From the NCBI RefSeq assembly GCF_009914755.1, contig NC_060947.1: 64,000 nt of DNA; one strand, written 5' to 3'. The position numbers were made by a program, and so were the translations under genes. Shown piece after piece: positions 27,030-40,759 of this stretch; the stretch's first letter is position 1, and every line of letters starts with the position of its first letter. Under the pieces are notes generated by a model. It saw nothing but the letters and a program-made list of their open reading frames with translations, did not search any database and was not told the DNA's origin. The DNA comes from the human T2T-CHM13v2.0 reference genome, Homo sapiens.

Positions 27030-27411
27030 ATATATTTTTTTTAATTTTAACTTTTATTTTAAGTTCTGGGGTACATGAGCAGGATGTGTAGGTTTGTTAC
27101 ATACGTAAATGTGTGCCATGGTGGTTTGCTGCACAGATCAACCCATCACCAAGGTATTATATTAAGCCCAGCATGCACTAGCTATTTTTCCAAATGCTCT
27201 CCCTCCCCCAACCCCACCCCCCAACAGGCCCCAGTGTGTGTTGTTCCCCTCCCTGTGTCCATGTGTTCTCATTGTTCCGCTCCCACTTATAAGTGAGCAC
27301 ATGCGATGTTTGATTTTCTGTTCCTGTGCTACTTTGCTGAGGATAATGGCTTCCAGCTCCATCCATGTACCTGCAAAGGACATGCTCTCGTTCCTTTTTA
27401 TGGCTGCAAAG
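27030..27411 (-). mobile_element. 5'-truncated L1PA 3' end
   Basis: L1PA 3'UTR (cccagtgtgtgttgttcccctccctgtgtccatgtgttctc...); TSD tatgcatggattttta (27011-27026) / tacacatggattttta (27412-27427). Confidence 0.95.
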
Positions 27412-27894
27412 TACACATGGATTTTTAAAACAGCAATGACATATAGTTATGTTGTTTAAAGAGTGAGAATATTTTATCACAAAAATAAGCAAGTTTTATA
27501 AAATAAAAAGTATTAAATAATGAATGCAAGGAAGAACCAGGACAATATGGTGAGGGCACCACAATAAAGTTTTCTACTTTGTATTCTCTTGACAGGTATT
27601 AAAACCTGTTCCTGTGGTATCTGTCCTTGCTCTGGGAGATGCGACCAACTCATTAGTGTTTATTAACAACCAACTCAGCAACAAAAAATGCTCTCAGATG
27701 TCAACACATGTCACATGTGGAGTAAGCACTTTATTACCAGCAAAGGGGATGAGAATCATAAAATGTATGCCAAAGTATCTGCAGTATGTTTTTGGATGAT
27801 GACGAAAATGAAAAAGAAGACATGGCAGGAGAAAAGGAAGGGAAGACAAATGCATGCCCTAGATGTCATTCTCTTTGAGAAAACTAGGGCTTTC

Positions 27895-28140
27895 TCGGCT
27901 ATTAAGAGTATGGGCTTAAAGTCAGGCAGACACGATTTGGCATTTGAGCTCAGCCACTCACCAGCGGAGCGACCACAGACCAGCCATCACTTTTTTCTGA
28001 GCACCCATTTCTTCACATCTGAAACAGTAGTGAATAATGACCAAAACTTCTTCACCTGGCTGTTGAGAGGCTCAAGTGAAACAATGCATGTTAAATGCTT
28101 AGAACAGAGCCTGGCACATAATTAGAGAACCATAACAGTA
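27895..28140 (+). mobile_element. MIR
   Basis: aaatgcttagaacagagcctggcacata 3' end and degenerate core. Confidence 0.7.
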
Positions 28141-28661
28141 GCTCTTCTTTAGGGTGCCCTATACAAATCAACCTAAGGAGACCTTAGGGATATAAACTGG
28201 AAAGAATTTAGAGATCATTGAGTCCAAGCCCTTCATTTCTCAAAGGAAGACCCAGCCTCGAAGAGGAAAAGATCATTTACCAATGGCACACACCTATTTT
28301 CAATTAATTCACCAAATACTTACTGAGCATCTGGGCAAAACACTGCTGGATGGAATAAAATGTGTCTCATAGAAGAAGATGCTTACAATCTGTGCAGGTT
28401 ACTTAATTTCTCTGTGCCTCAGTTTCCTCATCTAAAAAATGGGAACAATTTTGTAGACCACTGCCTGGAACATAATAAGCTACATATATTTTTGTTTTTA
28501 TGTAAATATATTTATATTTCAAATATTTATGTATTTTATATTCGTATACTATAAATAGATGTGTACATGCATCTTATGTACATATAATGTATATATAAAT
28601 GTATATAAAATGTATATATATAAAACATAAAAAGATATATATATCTTTCATTTTTATATGC

Positions 28662-29025
28662 TGATATGGTTTGGCTGTGTCCCCACCCAAATGTCATCTT
28701 GAATTGTACTCCAATAATTCCCACGTGTACTCCAATAATTCCCACCGAGGGACCCGGTGGAAGATAATTGAATCACGGGGGCGGTTTCCCCTCATACTGC
28801 TCTTGTGGTAGTGAATAAGTCTCACGAGATCTGACGGTTTTATAAGCGGTTTCCACTTTGCTTCTCCCTCATTCTCTCTTGCTGCTGCCATGTAAGAAGT
28901 GCCTTTTGCCTTCTGCCATGATTGTGAGGCCTTCCCAGCCACGTGGAACTGTGAGTTCATTAAACCTATTTTTCTTCCCAGACCCGGGTATGTCTTTATC
29001 AGCAGCATGAAAATGGACTAATACA
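28662..29025 (+). mobile_element. THE1 (B-like) MaLR solo LTR
   Basis: tgatatggtttggctgtgtccccacccaaat...cagcagcatgaaaatggactaataca; 5-bp TSD tatgc/tgtgc; internal 20-bp tandem duplication 28705-28745. Confidence 0.95.
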
Positions 29026-29099
29026 TGTGCCTATATATTTTATAAACAAGAGTAAGGCAAAGATTATCTTCCCACGTCTCCAGCTGTTTAGCTTTTTAC

Positions 29100-29478
29100 T
29101 CCTGGTAAGCAAAGTTGTGGAGACATGGAGTATTCACAGCAATATTTGAGCATCCAGTGACTTATTTTTGAGGTGTTGAGAGACAATTGCAGTAGCAGTG
29201 GTGGTGGCTTCTTCCCCTTGGACTGCGGCATCAGCTATGCGTCCTGAAATCTAGCGTTCCAGTGGTGGCTTCCCAACTCCCCACCTCTCTGCACGTAAAA
29301 GCAGCTGCAGCTCCCTTTGGAGGGCCAGTTTTGTGGTGGTGGTCTAGGTTTCATTCCTGGAGACACAGCCTAAAGCCCCCACTTCCACCCACCCCATAGA
29401 TTTTGTAAGTACCTAATTAACAGCACTAAAATACCTATTTTAGCTTATGGTACCTACAGATGAATGTTGACTGCTACA
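29100..29478 (+). mobile_element. Old ERVL LTR (LTR33-like)
   Basis: gcagtagcagtggtggtggc...tagattttgtaagtacctaatt...tgactgctaca resembles LTR33-type 3' end. Confidence 0.4.
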
Positions 29479-30479
29479 GATGGCTAAGATCTCAAAAGGC
29501 AGAGATAGAGTGGAGGGAGAGTAAATGCATCCCAGCTGGTGGGAACAGCCAGATCAGGTATATGCAGCATACTTTCAGGCGACCATGAGGAGAAGCGGCC
29601 TCTGGCCAATCACAGCACGTCTGGCAAAGGTGTTCAATAGGAACTGATGCACCAAAATGAACTTCGTGATCATGTTATCAGACATGGAAGAGGACGGGAT
29701 ATAATTGCATACCACCCCGATGAGGCAAAGCTGGGAGATCCTCAGTAGCATCACAACTCCTAAGAGTTCTCTTTTAGAACTGGGGAAAGAAAATCTGGAG
29801 ATATATAGTTATAGCAACATACTCTAAAGATGAAGATGTTTTAGCAGTAAGGATAAAGATAGAACCGAGGCTGCCTAATACTGAATAACTTTATTGCTTC
29901 TAAACAGAAATTTTTGATTAAAGCATATCAATATTAACTCTATTTTATAGGATTCCAGTATTTCTGCCAAGACAGTTCTGTTGCAGTGCCACAGAAAATG
30001 TCCCCAATGAAACTGTTTCAGTTTATGAATGCTATCTATTTCTAGAAAAAACACACGCTGCTGCTTCTCATAAACGGGGAAAGTTTACATAAGAGAAACA
30101 AAACATAACACCCAAAATGAACAGTACATTTAAAATAAAATGCTTCTGTACTGCCGGAAAATGAGCACAACGAATACCTAATATATTTTCCCTATTCTAA
30201 ATTCCTTATACATGAAGCATTTTTTATTCCTTAGTTTTTGCCTAATAGATTAAAACTTAATCATTAAATTGCTGGATGAACAACCTCCTCCCCCAGCCTG
30301 GGCTGTTTCTATGTGGAAAAATAAAACATGTGGGTAGTGATGTGGCAGAAACATTGCAAAGTTTTATTCCATGACCATTTAGTAGTAGAAATGGTCATAA
30401 ATTCTAAGACCAATAAAAACCAGGGCCATATTTATTTGATACCAAAAAGAAAATCAATCACTTTCCTATTTTACAAAGA

Positions 30480-31180
30480 CAGAAAAAGCATAATCTTTAA
30501 AGTCAAACAAACATGGGATTGAGTCCTGGCTCCCACACTTACTATGTACATGATCCTGGGCAAGTCTCTCAATCTTTCTGAGTCCTTATTTCCTCATCCG
30601 TAAAATGGGGGTTATGATACACTTACTTCACAGGGCTGCTGTGAGATGAAATAAAATAGTATTTGTAAAACTCTTAGCACAGTGCCCAACATATAGTAGG
30701 CTCTCCATAATCATTAACCATCAAGTTACCCTGCTTTTTTTGTAATAACAACATTGAGATACCATTCATATACTATACAATTGACTCATTTAAAATATGC
30801 AATTCAATGATTTTTCATATTAAATAAAAAATCACAGCTGGGAAACCATCACCACAGTCTAACCTTAAGATATTATTGTCTCCCAGAAACAAAAGCTTGC
30901 ACCCATTAGCAGTCCTTTTTAATCCCCATAAAATGTTGCCAAGACCTTAGGCCCTGGATCCAGTCACAACTGGGCTCAAATCCAAGCTCTACAACTTACT
31001 AGCTACATAACCCTTGGCAAGCTGCTTCGCTTTACCAGCTCTCAGTTTCTGCACTGTAAGAGGGAGATGATAATAATACCTGCCTTATAGGCCAGTTGTA
31101 AGAATCCAGTGACACAATGTATACACAGTACCGGCTAATGTCTGGCCCATAGGGAGCACCAGATAAATGGCAAGCATCTT
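30480..31180 (+). mobile_element. Two MIRs
   Basis: tttcctcatccgtaaaatgggg; ctcagtttctgcactgtaagagggagatgataataatacc. Confidence 0.8.
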
Positions 31181-31339
31181 CATTGCTATCCTCCTCTTCA
31201 TACATTCTGCTTATTTTCCTCTTCCTTTTCTTTACCTGTGTTTCACATCATTCCATTAGAATGCATCTCCAGGACCTGGAACAGTGCCTCATACATAGTA
31301 AGCACAATATTTATTTAGTGAATTAATTACTTGATTATG

Positions 31340-31342
<3 letters not shown>

Positions 31343-31389
<47 letters not shown>
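31343..31389. repeat. (TG)n microsatellite
   Basis: ~23 TG units. Confidence 0.98.
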
Positions 31390-31394
<5 letters not shown>

Positions 31395-32245
31395 TTTAGA
31401 CCAGGTTCTATTCCAGAAAATAAAATTAAAGTGGCTTTTTGAGTAGTGCCAAGACACTAAGTCATGAAAACAAAAGGGTAAATGTTCACAACCAATGCCA
31501 ACTGGAGGCTGTGTCTATCAACAGTGCTCCAAATTATCAAAATCCCTGTCTAGATTCAGCCACAGAGACCTCGTGGGATTCAGTCGCATTCAAGAGCTCC
31601 AGATCAACCCATCATCTGTCTCTCCACCACCCCTTCTCATATTCTTCAAGTGTATGTACCTACACCTGCCAGGTTCTCCAACAGCTCCAAGAAGGTTCTT
31701 ACCAAAGGCTCACAAGGCTAGTAGACTGTGAAGCCATGACTTAAAAACAGGCCACCTGACACCAAAGCCTATGACCTCTTGGCTACAGCACATTCCCACC
31801 TTGCTAGAATTATTAATGTTTCTTCAGGAATTAAAAAGAAAAGTATACTCCCTCTTTGTGTATTCTGCAATGGTAGCAGGTAACACAAAGATAGAAAAAC
31901 ACTACTAAAAAATAATCATTCAATATTCAATCACAAATGTTGTTATTTCAAACCAGGTTGGGGGTGGATTATACTTGGCTTATCACTTAAAATACGTGGT
32001 TACATTTTAACAAATCACCTCTTTACCCTTTAGTAAAAGTCCGTTCACAATTCCTTATACATGATGAGAATACCTTTTAATTGTTGAATAAGTGGTAGCA
32101 TGATAGAATAGAAAGAGCACTGGAGTGGGAGGCAGATGGTGAGGCCACTAAATGCTTGACTTGGCCAAGTGCCTGTTGCCACTCTGAATCTCTACTTCCT
32201 CTTCCGGAAAATGAGGAAGACTGAAACAAGGATGACTAAGCGCCC

Positions 32246-32293
32246 TTCTGGCTCCAATATTCTCAGATTCTGGCTCCAATATTCTCAGATTCT
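32246..32293. repeat. 22-bp perfect tandem duplication
   Basis: ttctggctccaatattctcaga x2 + ttct. Confidence 0.95.
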
Positions 32294-33599
32294 CCGGTGT
32301 CTCTAGGCAAAGCAAAAGTGACTTCGGATTCTCTTAACACCCACTTAATTTCAATAATTAATGTCTTTACAGCCTTCGATGGCAAGTCATCAAGTGACTT
32401 CATCATGAGCTACTCTGAGTAAAACAGAGAGCTCAGGTCTCCTTCTAAGGCCTCAGGGCCTGGTTAACCGGAAGCTGGCTTGCTAAAGGGAATGGGAAAA
32501 TTCAAGCTCATGAAAAAATGCCCTTTGTTTAGAATGATTTGCCTTGGAGGATCTGAGTTATTTTGCCTTAAAGTAAGCAAGCTCCATTATGCAAAAAAGA
32601 GAACTGGTTCTGCTTCTGAAAATACAATTACCTAAAATCTAGATGTACAAAATACATGAATCAGGAGGCAACTGTTCAAACACACGGATAGACTCAAATC
32701 CTGGCTCTGACAAATAAACGCTAGGTGTGTAAACTAGGTAGGCCAGTTGTGTTCAACAATTGGACATTTACTGAGCATTGACTATATGCCAGGTTCCAGG
32801 TCAGGGGATAGGACTATCAAACTCAGTACAATCAGTAGCTGCCCATGAAGATCTCACTGGCTTGTGAGTGGAAGAAACACTTAAACAGGAAGCTTTCCTG
32901 GAGGAGATAACACATGGGCAAGGCATTGGACTTATCCAACTTCTCTGAGCCTGTTTCCTCATCTGTTCAACGAGGAAAAAAAAGTCTGCCTCATAGGACT
33001 GATATGAGAGTTCAATAAGGACATCAGTGAAGAAACTGAGCACAATAAAAATCCATAATGATAGTTAGTGCTCATGATGTTTTCTCAATATTATATAAAT
33101 GATGACTTAACTAATCTATTTATTTTTATGTTAATTATTTCTTGTCTGTCTGCCTCACTAGAATGCTCTACATCAGGAAAGAGATCTTTATTTTGTTCTA
33201 AATATATATCCCCAAAACCTATAACAGTGCTTTACTTATACTAAATGCTTATTAGACAGTTCTGGAAGAAAGAAGAAACTATAGAAAACTTTGAGATTTT
33301 TAGAAATACCTAAAATACAATTTAAGATAAAAGTGTATGTATTATACAGATACATTTTCATGTTAAGTCTCTGAGCTCTCCCTTTCAATCATAAGTCCTT
33401 CTTTTATGAAAACCTGGGGTTGACAGGAGAAGTAAGGTAGTGGTATGTCAACCTGAAAACTCAACTGGAAGTCTCACAGCCATCTTAAAATTAATGTGTC
33501 CTAAATGGAACTCTTGCCGTTCCTCTAAACCCATTCCTCCCAGCCTTCCCCATCTCAGTAAATGTTACCATGCAGTCCTACTCTTTATATCCTTCCAGT

Positions 33600-34072
33600 C
33601 TGTTTCAAATCTGCTAGTTGATTATCCAACATCCATATCTGCCTTCTTTCTTACTAACAAAGCTCCCATTTTATTCAGTGTGACTACATATCTGGCTAAC
33701 AGATAGCATGTCCTATCCTCTTTTCTAACTGATATGTAAAAGACAATCACTAGGTGAGGCTTCCAAGGATTGCTCTTCAAAAGGACTGAATTATATGGTA
33801 AGCAAGCCATTTTGCGTCCACATCGCCATCCTCCTCCTTCCTGACTGGAAGGCCAGCAGGCATCTTGGACCAAAAAGTGACTTTAAGGATGAGAGCCCCA
33901 TTCCAACTCTGGAAAACAGAAAGCCAGAAGGAGCCTGTGTCCTGATATCCTGGAACTACCATATCTACCCTGGAATGCTCACCTCCAGACATCTTTCACT
34001 TGAAGGAAACATATTTAAGCTACTACTTCGAAAGATTTCTGTTATCTAGAGTTGAATGACTTTCTGATACAA
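33600..34072 (+). mobile_element. Old MaLR LTR (MLT1J-like) within L2
   Basis: ttctttcttactaacaaagctccc...ggcatcttggacc...gaaggagcctgtgtcctga...ctgataca. Confidence 0.55.
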
Positions 34073-35504
34073 ATTCTCAGGTCAAATATTTATTTTCTTC
34101 ATACATTTCTCAACAGCTTTCAATAATTGTTCATTTTCTTTCAGTGTTCTATTGTTCCGTTGTTTGTCTTCTCAACTAGAAACGTGAACTCCATGACTAC
34201 AGAGACTGTATGTTTGGTTCACCATCTTGTAGCATGTGCCTGGCACATAATAGAAGCTTAATAAATATTTTCACATGAGTGATTCAAATGTCTTGGATAA
34301 TACCTGATATATAATGGGTACACCAGGCCACTCCCGTTTTTGGAATCATGAAGGGCTCTTTAGCTCAATGAGTAAATACATAGATCTCCAGGATCACTTC
34401 TGTGAATACAGTTCAACAAATTTTATTGAGCACCTACTAGGCGCCAGACTCTATGCAGGAGACTAAAGGGAAGTGTTCCCAAATGTTCAGTTCAAGCATG
34501 TCATACAAAACCTATGTCTTGATTTCAATAGAAAACTAAAAGCAACCCGACCCTTATTGTGGGCTACTTTTAAATCTTACCAAGAAATATACAATGAGTG
34601 ATCATTGCTAATTTTCATTAAAAATGTATAAATTCCAACATAGTGGGATGTTCATTTTATGACATCAGGTTTAGTATTCTTAATTTATTTTGCTCATTTC
34701 TGGCATACTTTATTTCCATTGGTATTTTTCCTTCTAAGTCAAAAAGAAATGCAGGAGCAAATATTTCTAATTTATCCCAAAGACCAACTTGTTTTGGGTA
34801 ATTAACATATTACAGACTATAATAATTCTATTATAGCTTTGTCTTTTCTAGTAGTTGAATTCTTCCCATGAATATTGTTTTGGCATTTTTTGAATCTTGA
34901 GAAAATATGAATATTAATATGAAAAAAGCAAATATCCCTTCTCATTGCAAACCTAAAAGCTCATTTTAATTGTCTTTCCATGGAAACACTCTGGAAGTTG
35001 TGCTGAAGGTTGAATCCTGCTCCTTCAAGTTGGTGAAGAAAAGAAAAAGGAGAGCGGGGGGAAAAAAATCCATTTAGCACTGTGTCATGTTCACCAGAAA
35101 AAGAGAAAAGAACACCAGGGGGAATATTAGTGAGGGAAGGAAAGGCCAAATTGAAGAACATACAGCAGGAGGGAGAATGGTACAGGGTGACCATGTTCCC
35201 ATCTCCGCCATAGCAACCACCTGATTACTGATGACTATACTTCCCTGGGGACTGCTAACAAGAAAGTAAAGCAGCCCACTTGGCTTTCTAAGATGCGCTG
35301 TGCTACCAAGTTGAACATTAAAAATATCAGTCACAGTATGACATGAGGAATAGCCAAGCTATCAATACTACTGAAGGGAAGCATATAACAGTATTATCAA
35401 CTACCATTAACTGAGAACTTAAGATGTGCCAGACACTGTGCTAAAGGCCTTTTAGGAGTAATCACTCAAGTAAAAAAAAGGAAGGCACCAGAGACCACTT
35501 AACC

Positions 35505-35722
35505 CAGTGGTTCTCAACTGGGGGTAATTTTGTACCTCCCAACAGAAAACATATGGGCAATATCTGGAGGCATTTTTATTTGTCACAACTGGAAAGGGAG
35601 GTGCTGCTGGTGTAGAGTTGGTAGAGGCCAGGATTACTGCTAACCATCTTACAATGCACATGACGGTCCTACACAGCAAAAAAATTAACAAATCCAAAAT
35701 ATCAGCAGTTCAGAAATCTCAA
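35505..35722 (+). mobile_element. MER20 (hAT MITE)
   Basis: cagtggttctcaactggggg...gcaatatctggagg...gtcacaactgg...gtagaggccagga. Confidence 0.85.
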
Positions 35723-36578
35723 TTAAGCTCTATACTTTATGGTACAGAGGAGATCAAGGTCCAGGGATGTGTGTCTTATCCAAGGTCATTCTTATCTATC
35801 TGTCATCTATATATTGGACCTATCTTTTTATCTATCTATCCATCCATGCATGTAGGCATCTATTGGGCTTAGCTTAAAATTTCACTTAAAGGGTCCTGCT
35901 ACATTAAAAGTGTGAAAATCACTGCTCCAGTCCCCAGGTATTCTCAGAGGAACTGATGCAGGTGTTCCTTCCATTTTCCAAGAAACCCACTACTATCCAG
36001 AAATACATATCACACTCTCCTGTTAATTCCTGTTACTATCATTAGTTTTAAATGAGAAGCACAGCTATCTAAACAAGAGAGGAGATCATCCACCTCACCA
36101 CCCCACTCCCCACATACACATTACATCTCACAGATGCCTGGGGTAATACCTCCCTGTTGCTCAGGACTCATACAGTGAGTCCCCTGTCCTTCCTCAATCA
36201 CTACCCACTTGTTTGCTCAATGAAGGATCCTCTTTCATGCTTCCTCACATATTCTATCCTCTTCATATTATCTCCTTGGTACAAGGCACTAAGCTGGGGC
36301 TAGGCGTAGGGGATAAGGAGATCTCAAGAACAAGGCACAGTCCAGGTCCACTAGGGACTCCAAGGCTGGTAGGGGATGGAGTGGGTAATGAATGAATTTT
36401 CCACCAGGTATGCTGTGATAAGAATCTCTGCAGTTCGCACAGTCCTATAGGGGAACACAGGAGAAGAGGAGTACATATGGCAGTTTAAATGATGAGAGAA
36501 CACTTCATAGAAAAGGTAGCAGGCATTCTCCATGGCCAAAAGCAAGTAGCAGATTGCCCCTTTATAGAAATGTACATA

Positions 36579-36807
36579 CAGATTCTCCTCTACTTACAAT
36601 GGGGTTACAGCCCAATAAAGTCAACATAAGTCGAAAATATTGTAAGTCAAAAGTGCTTTTTCAAGTTATAATATTTTCAACTTACTATGGGTTTATGCAG
36701 ACGTAACCTCATCATAAGTTAAGGAGCTTACTAAATGCGTATTGCTTTCACACCATTATAAAGTTGAAAAATTGTAAGTCAAACCATCATAAGTTAGGAA
36801 CTCTCTG
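36579..36807 (+). mobile_element. MER47-like Tigger MITE
   Basis: cagattctcctctacttacaatggggttac... terminal inverted repeat ...cataagttaggaactctctg; preceded by TA. Confidence 0.75.
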
Positions 36808-37142
36808 AATTAGGAAATGAGGAGACTCCACAAAAGAGGAAACAGACAGAAAAGGAGGCCCCAGATCCATCGTAGTTTTATAGCTTTTGACATTTAAGCA
36901 AAACAACAGAACCTTACTGTAACCCTTTATGCCTTCTACTCAATGGTTTATAGGCTATCACTAGAGAAATTAAAAAATAAATTCCCTACCTTGGAATCCA
37001 ATGCCCTTCACTCCCTACCTTAAACCAAATCTCCCTCCTCAGAAACCTGTTAAAGGATACAAACTGGTCTGTTCATCACCACCAGAACTCCCTGAGAGCT
37101 TTTCACCTTCCTGCCTTTGCCAGTATCTAAACCTCTCCCTCT

Positions 37143-37579
<437 letters not shown>

Positions 37580-37714
37580 TAAACCTCTCCTCCCAAGTCC
37601 TTATTTACCCAAATCCTTATTTACCTTTCGCACTGGGAGCTTGCAGTCCGCCAATAATAATGAGAGTTACTCCTTGTATTCATTACAACTATGAGGCTTA
37701 GTAGTAATTCGTGA

Positions 37715-38930
37715 ATAACATCTTCATTTACTGAGTACTAACCATGTGCCAGGCACTATTCTAGGCCCTTTGTCTGTATTACTTTACATAATCCTCCCAA
37801 GGACGTGCTATCATCCTCTCCATTTTGTAGTCAGAGAAAGAGGCACAGCGAAGTGACATAAGTTGTCCAAGGTCACTCAGCTAACAAGTGGCTGAGCCGG
37901 TATTCAAACTTAGTTCTTGTAGGCTCATGGCTAAGGGCTTTCCATCATGCTATGCAAGGTTCCTAGGGCCTGCCTGCTCTGTGATGCCTCTCTTGAGTTC
38001 CCAGCTCTCTGAGCTCCCTTGTTTCTCTGAACTCTGAAATACACAGGGTCTGTAACTCTTGTGGTCCATGTTACCTTTGTTAATGATATAAATTAATAGT
38101 AATGACAGCAGACTTTAAATAGTCCTTCCATAAAGCAGGCACTCTTTTAATTGCTTAACATAGGTTAACTTATTTAATCCTAGCAACATCCCTATTATCA
38201 TCATCATCCCCATTTTACAGATGAGGCAAGTGGAGCACAAAGAGGTGAAGGCACTTGACAAAGGTCCCACAACTAGTGATATGGTTTGGCTCTGTGTCCC
38301 CACCCAAATCTCATCTCAAATTGTAATTCCCAGAGGAAGAGACCTGGTGGGAGATGATCGGATCATGGGGGCAGTTTCCCCCATGCCGTTCTCATGATAT
38401 TGAGGGAGTTCTCAGGAGATCTGGTTGTTTGATAAGTGTCTGCCATTTCCCCTGAGCTCACTCGCTGTCTCTCCTGCTGCCATGTAAGACATGCCTTGCT
38501 TCCCCATAGCCTTCTGCCAAGACTGTAAGTTTCTCGAGGCCTCCCCAGCCATGGGGAACTCTGAGTCAATTAAACTTCTTTCCTTTGTAAATTACCCAGT
38601 CTCAAGTAGTATCTTTATAGCAGTGTGAAACAGACTAATAACAACTAGTTAGTGGTTGAGCCAGTTTATGAACTTAAGCAATGTTGCTCCCATGCTGTCC
38701 CTTGTCTTCCTAATCACTGTATTGTATTACCTCTTGTATACTAACTCACTTAATCCATGCATCAACCCCATGGGGTAGGTACCATAATTTCTATTTTTAT
38801 AGCTGAGGAAACTGAGGCTCAGAGATGTTAAATAACTTGCCCGAGGTCCCAAAGCCAAAAGGAAGAGGAGCTAGGATTGGAATCCACTCAGTCTGGCTCC
38901 ACGGTCAGTGGTCTTAACCTCTACACTATG
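37715..38930 (-). mobile_element. MIR cluster (one copy split by the THE1D/MSTA LTR)
   Basis: cccattttacagatgaggcaagtggagcac; atagctgaggaaactgaggctcagagatgttaaataacttgcccgaggtc. Confidence 0.8.
38277..38643 (+). mobile_element. THE1D/MSTA-like MaLR solo LTR
   Basis: tgatatggtttggctctgtgtccccacccaaatctcatc...cagactaataaca; perfect 5-bp TSD actag at 38272-38276 and 38644-38648. Confidence 0.95.
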
Positions 38931-39791
38931 ACCCCTAACCAGTGATAAGCTGTCTGGGGCCTCCCAAGCTGGGTCCATTATTAAACCACCCACCAGAAAC
39001 AGTAGGTTTGAGCCCAAGGAAAAGTATTTTCAAGCCACACTGCTAAAGGCCCCCAACAGGTTTCCCCCCAGGTCTATATGGGAACTGACCTCAATTAGTT
39101 TGGGACATGTCCCATGGATAGCTTCAGAGCCTGGGCTTCCTACGCCTTCAGGCACTGTGGGCTGTGGGCCAGCCAGAGGACTTAAGTCCCTGCCTCCTTA
39201 GCCGCAGACTGAAGTCAGGCCTAAAGTGACAACCAGATTCACTATTGAAATACAGATGAATAATGAAGGCAGAGGAGGCAGAGAAAATAACAAGCATGTT
39301 ACTCATTCTTAAACCATAAACGTACAATTATGACCTCACTCGCGAATAATTTCAGGTGGCACTCTGCTGACAAGTAAGGATGACTCTCTGCATGCAATAG
39401 GACCACTTAATATAGTAGAAAGTGGTATGGGGAGAAGCCTATAATCATTTATTGTTGTTTACATTTCCCCTAAGGGCTTCCAATGTTATGATTCTGACAT
39501 CATTATAATTTATTACATTTCTTTCTATTCCTCAATAGAGCTTGTCACAAAATGTTAGCAATTCTCATTCTTTATGAAAAGATCAGACAGGATTTAAATG
39601 TTTATAGTGTTTTCTTGAGACCTGTATCTCCACACCATTTGTAAAATAAGCAAATTTTACAGGGTAAAAGAAAGAGCATGCATCTTAATTTTGGAGATTT
39701 GGATTTCAGAAGTTGCTCCATCACTACCTATACGATCGTGAGCAAAGTAGTCATCCTTCTAGTCATGTTTAATGGTACCAAATATTTGATT

Positions 39792-40060
39792 TAGGGTCTA
39801 ACTCTGTCATCCAGGCTGGAGCACAGTGGCAAGATCATGGCTCACTGCAGCCTCCAACTCCTGTGCTCAAACTCTCTTCCTGCCAGCTTCCTGAGTAGCT
39901 GGGACAACAGGCATGTGCCACCATGCCTGGCTATTTTTTTTCTTTTTTATAGAGATGGGGCTATTTTGCTTAGGCTGGTCTCAAACTCCTGGGTGCAAGT
40001 GATCCTCCCGTCTTGGCCTACCAAAGTGCTAGGATTATAGATATGAGTCACCACCCCAAA
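39792..40060 (-). mobile_element. AluJ-like
   Basis: ctctgtcatccaggctggagcacagtggcaagatcatggctcactgcagcc...caaagtgctaggattatag. Confidence 0.9.
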
Positions 40061-40069
40061 CTGAGGACT

Positions 40070-40608
40070 TGTTTTAATCAGGTATTTAATCGGGTATACA
40101 GACATGGAAATGACTGTCAGAAGAAAGGGGTTTAGTATACTACTCAAAGGTCCCTAGAAGCAGGAGGCACACCACACCACATAGGGCCATGTGGGGAAGC
40201 ACCAAGGCCAGTCAGGAGACAGAGGATGTGAGAGAAAATGTGAGCAAGAGCATTTATTGTGGTTTCTGCAGGAAGACACGGGTAAGGCAAGGTAAGCAAG
40301 CTTAGGATCGGCTAGTTTGAATAATTTTGTGGACTCTGGGGTAAAAAGTCTGTCCCTAGTTATCTGGTACCTAGCCCTGCAGTGATTAGGCAAGAAGATA
40401 GTGACACAGACCATGAGATTCTGATAATGAAGGCAGCTGGGGTATAGGCTTTGTATTGCTTGGTTTGCATAAGAAAAGACACTCAAACTGAATTGTTTTC
40501 CATCTCTAACAAGTGGCTAACACCAGGAGGGGTGGTCCCTTCAGGGTCAGTAAGGCCCCAAGATGCCAAAGCATCAGAATACAGAAAATAAAAGACAGGA
40601 TTAATACA
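40070..40608 (-). mobile_element. MER74-like ERVL solo LTR
   Basis: Reverse complement starts tgtattaatcctgtcttttattttctgtattctgatgctttggcatct, matching the remembered MER74 5' end. Confidence 0.7.
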
Positions 40609-40759
40609 AGACCTCAATTCCCTTCTCTATAATTGGGGATGGTAATCATGGTGTGAAGTTATTTTGAGGAGTAAATATCATATTTGTAAGTGCAAGTTTC
40701 TCTGTGCTATTCCAGAACACATAGAAGTAAAGCTGTTAGACAGAAATCATAAGGAGGTG

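Noticed and set aside
27075-27492. Four overlapping ORFs
   Set aside because: All derive from the L1PA 3' end.
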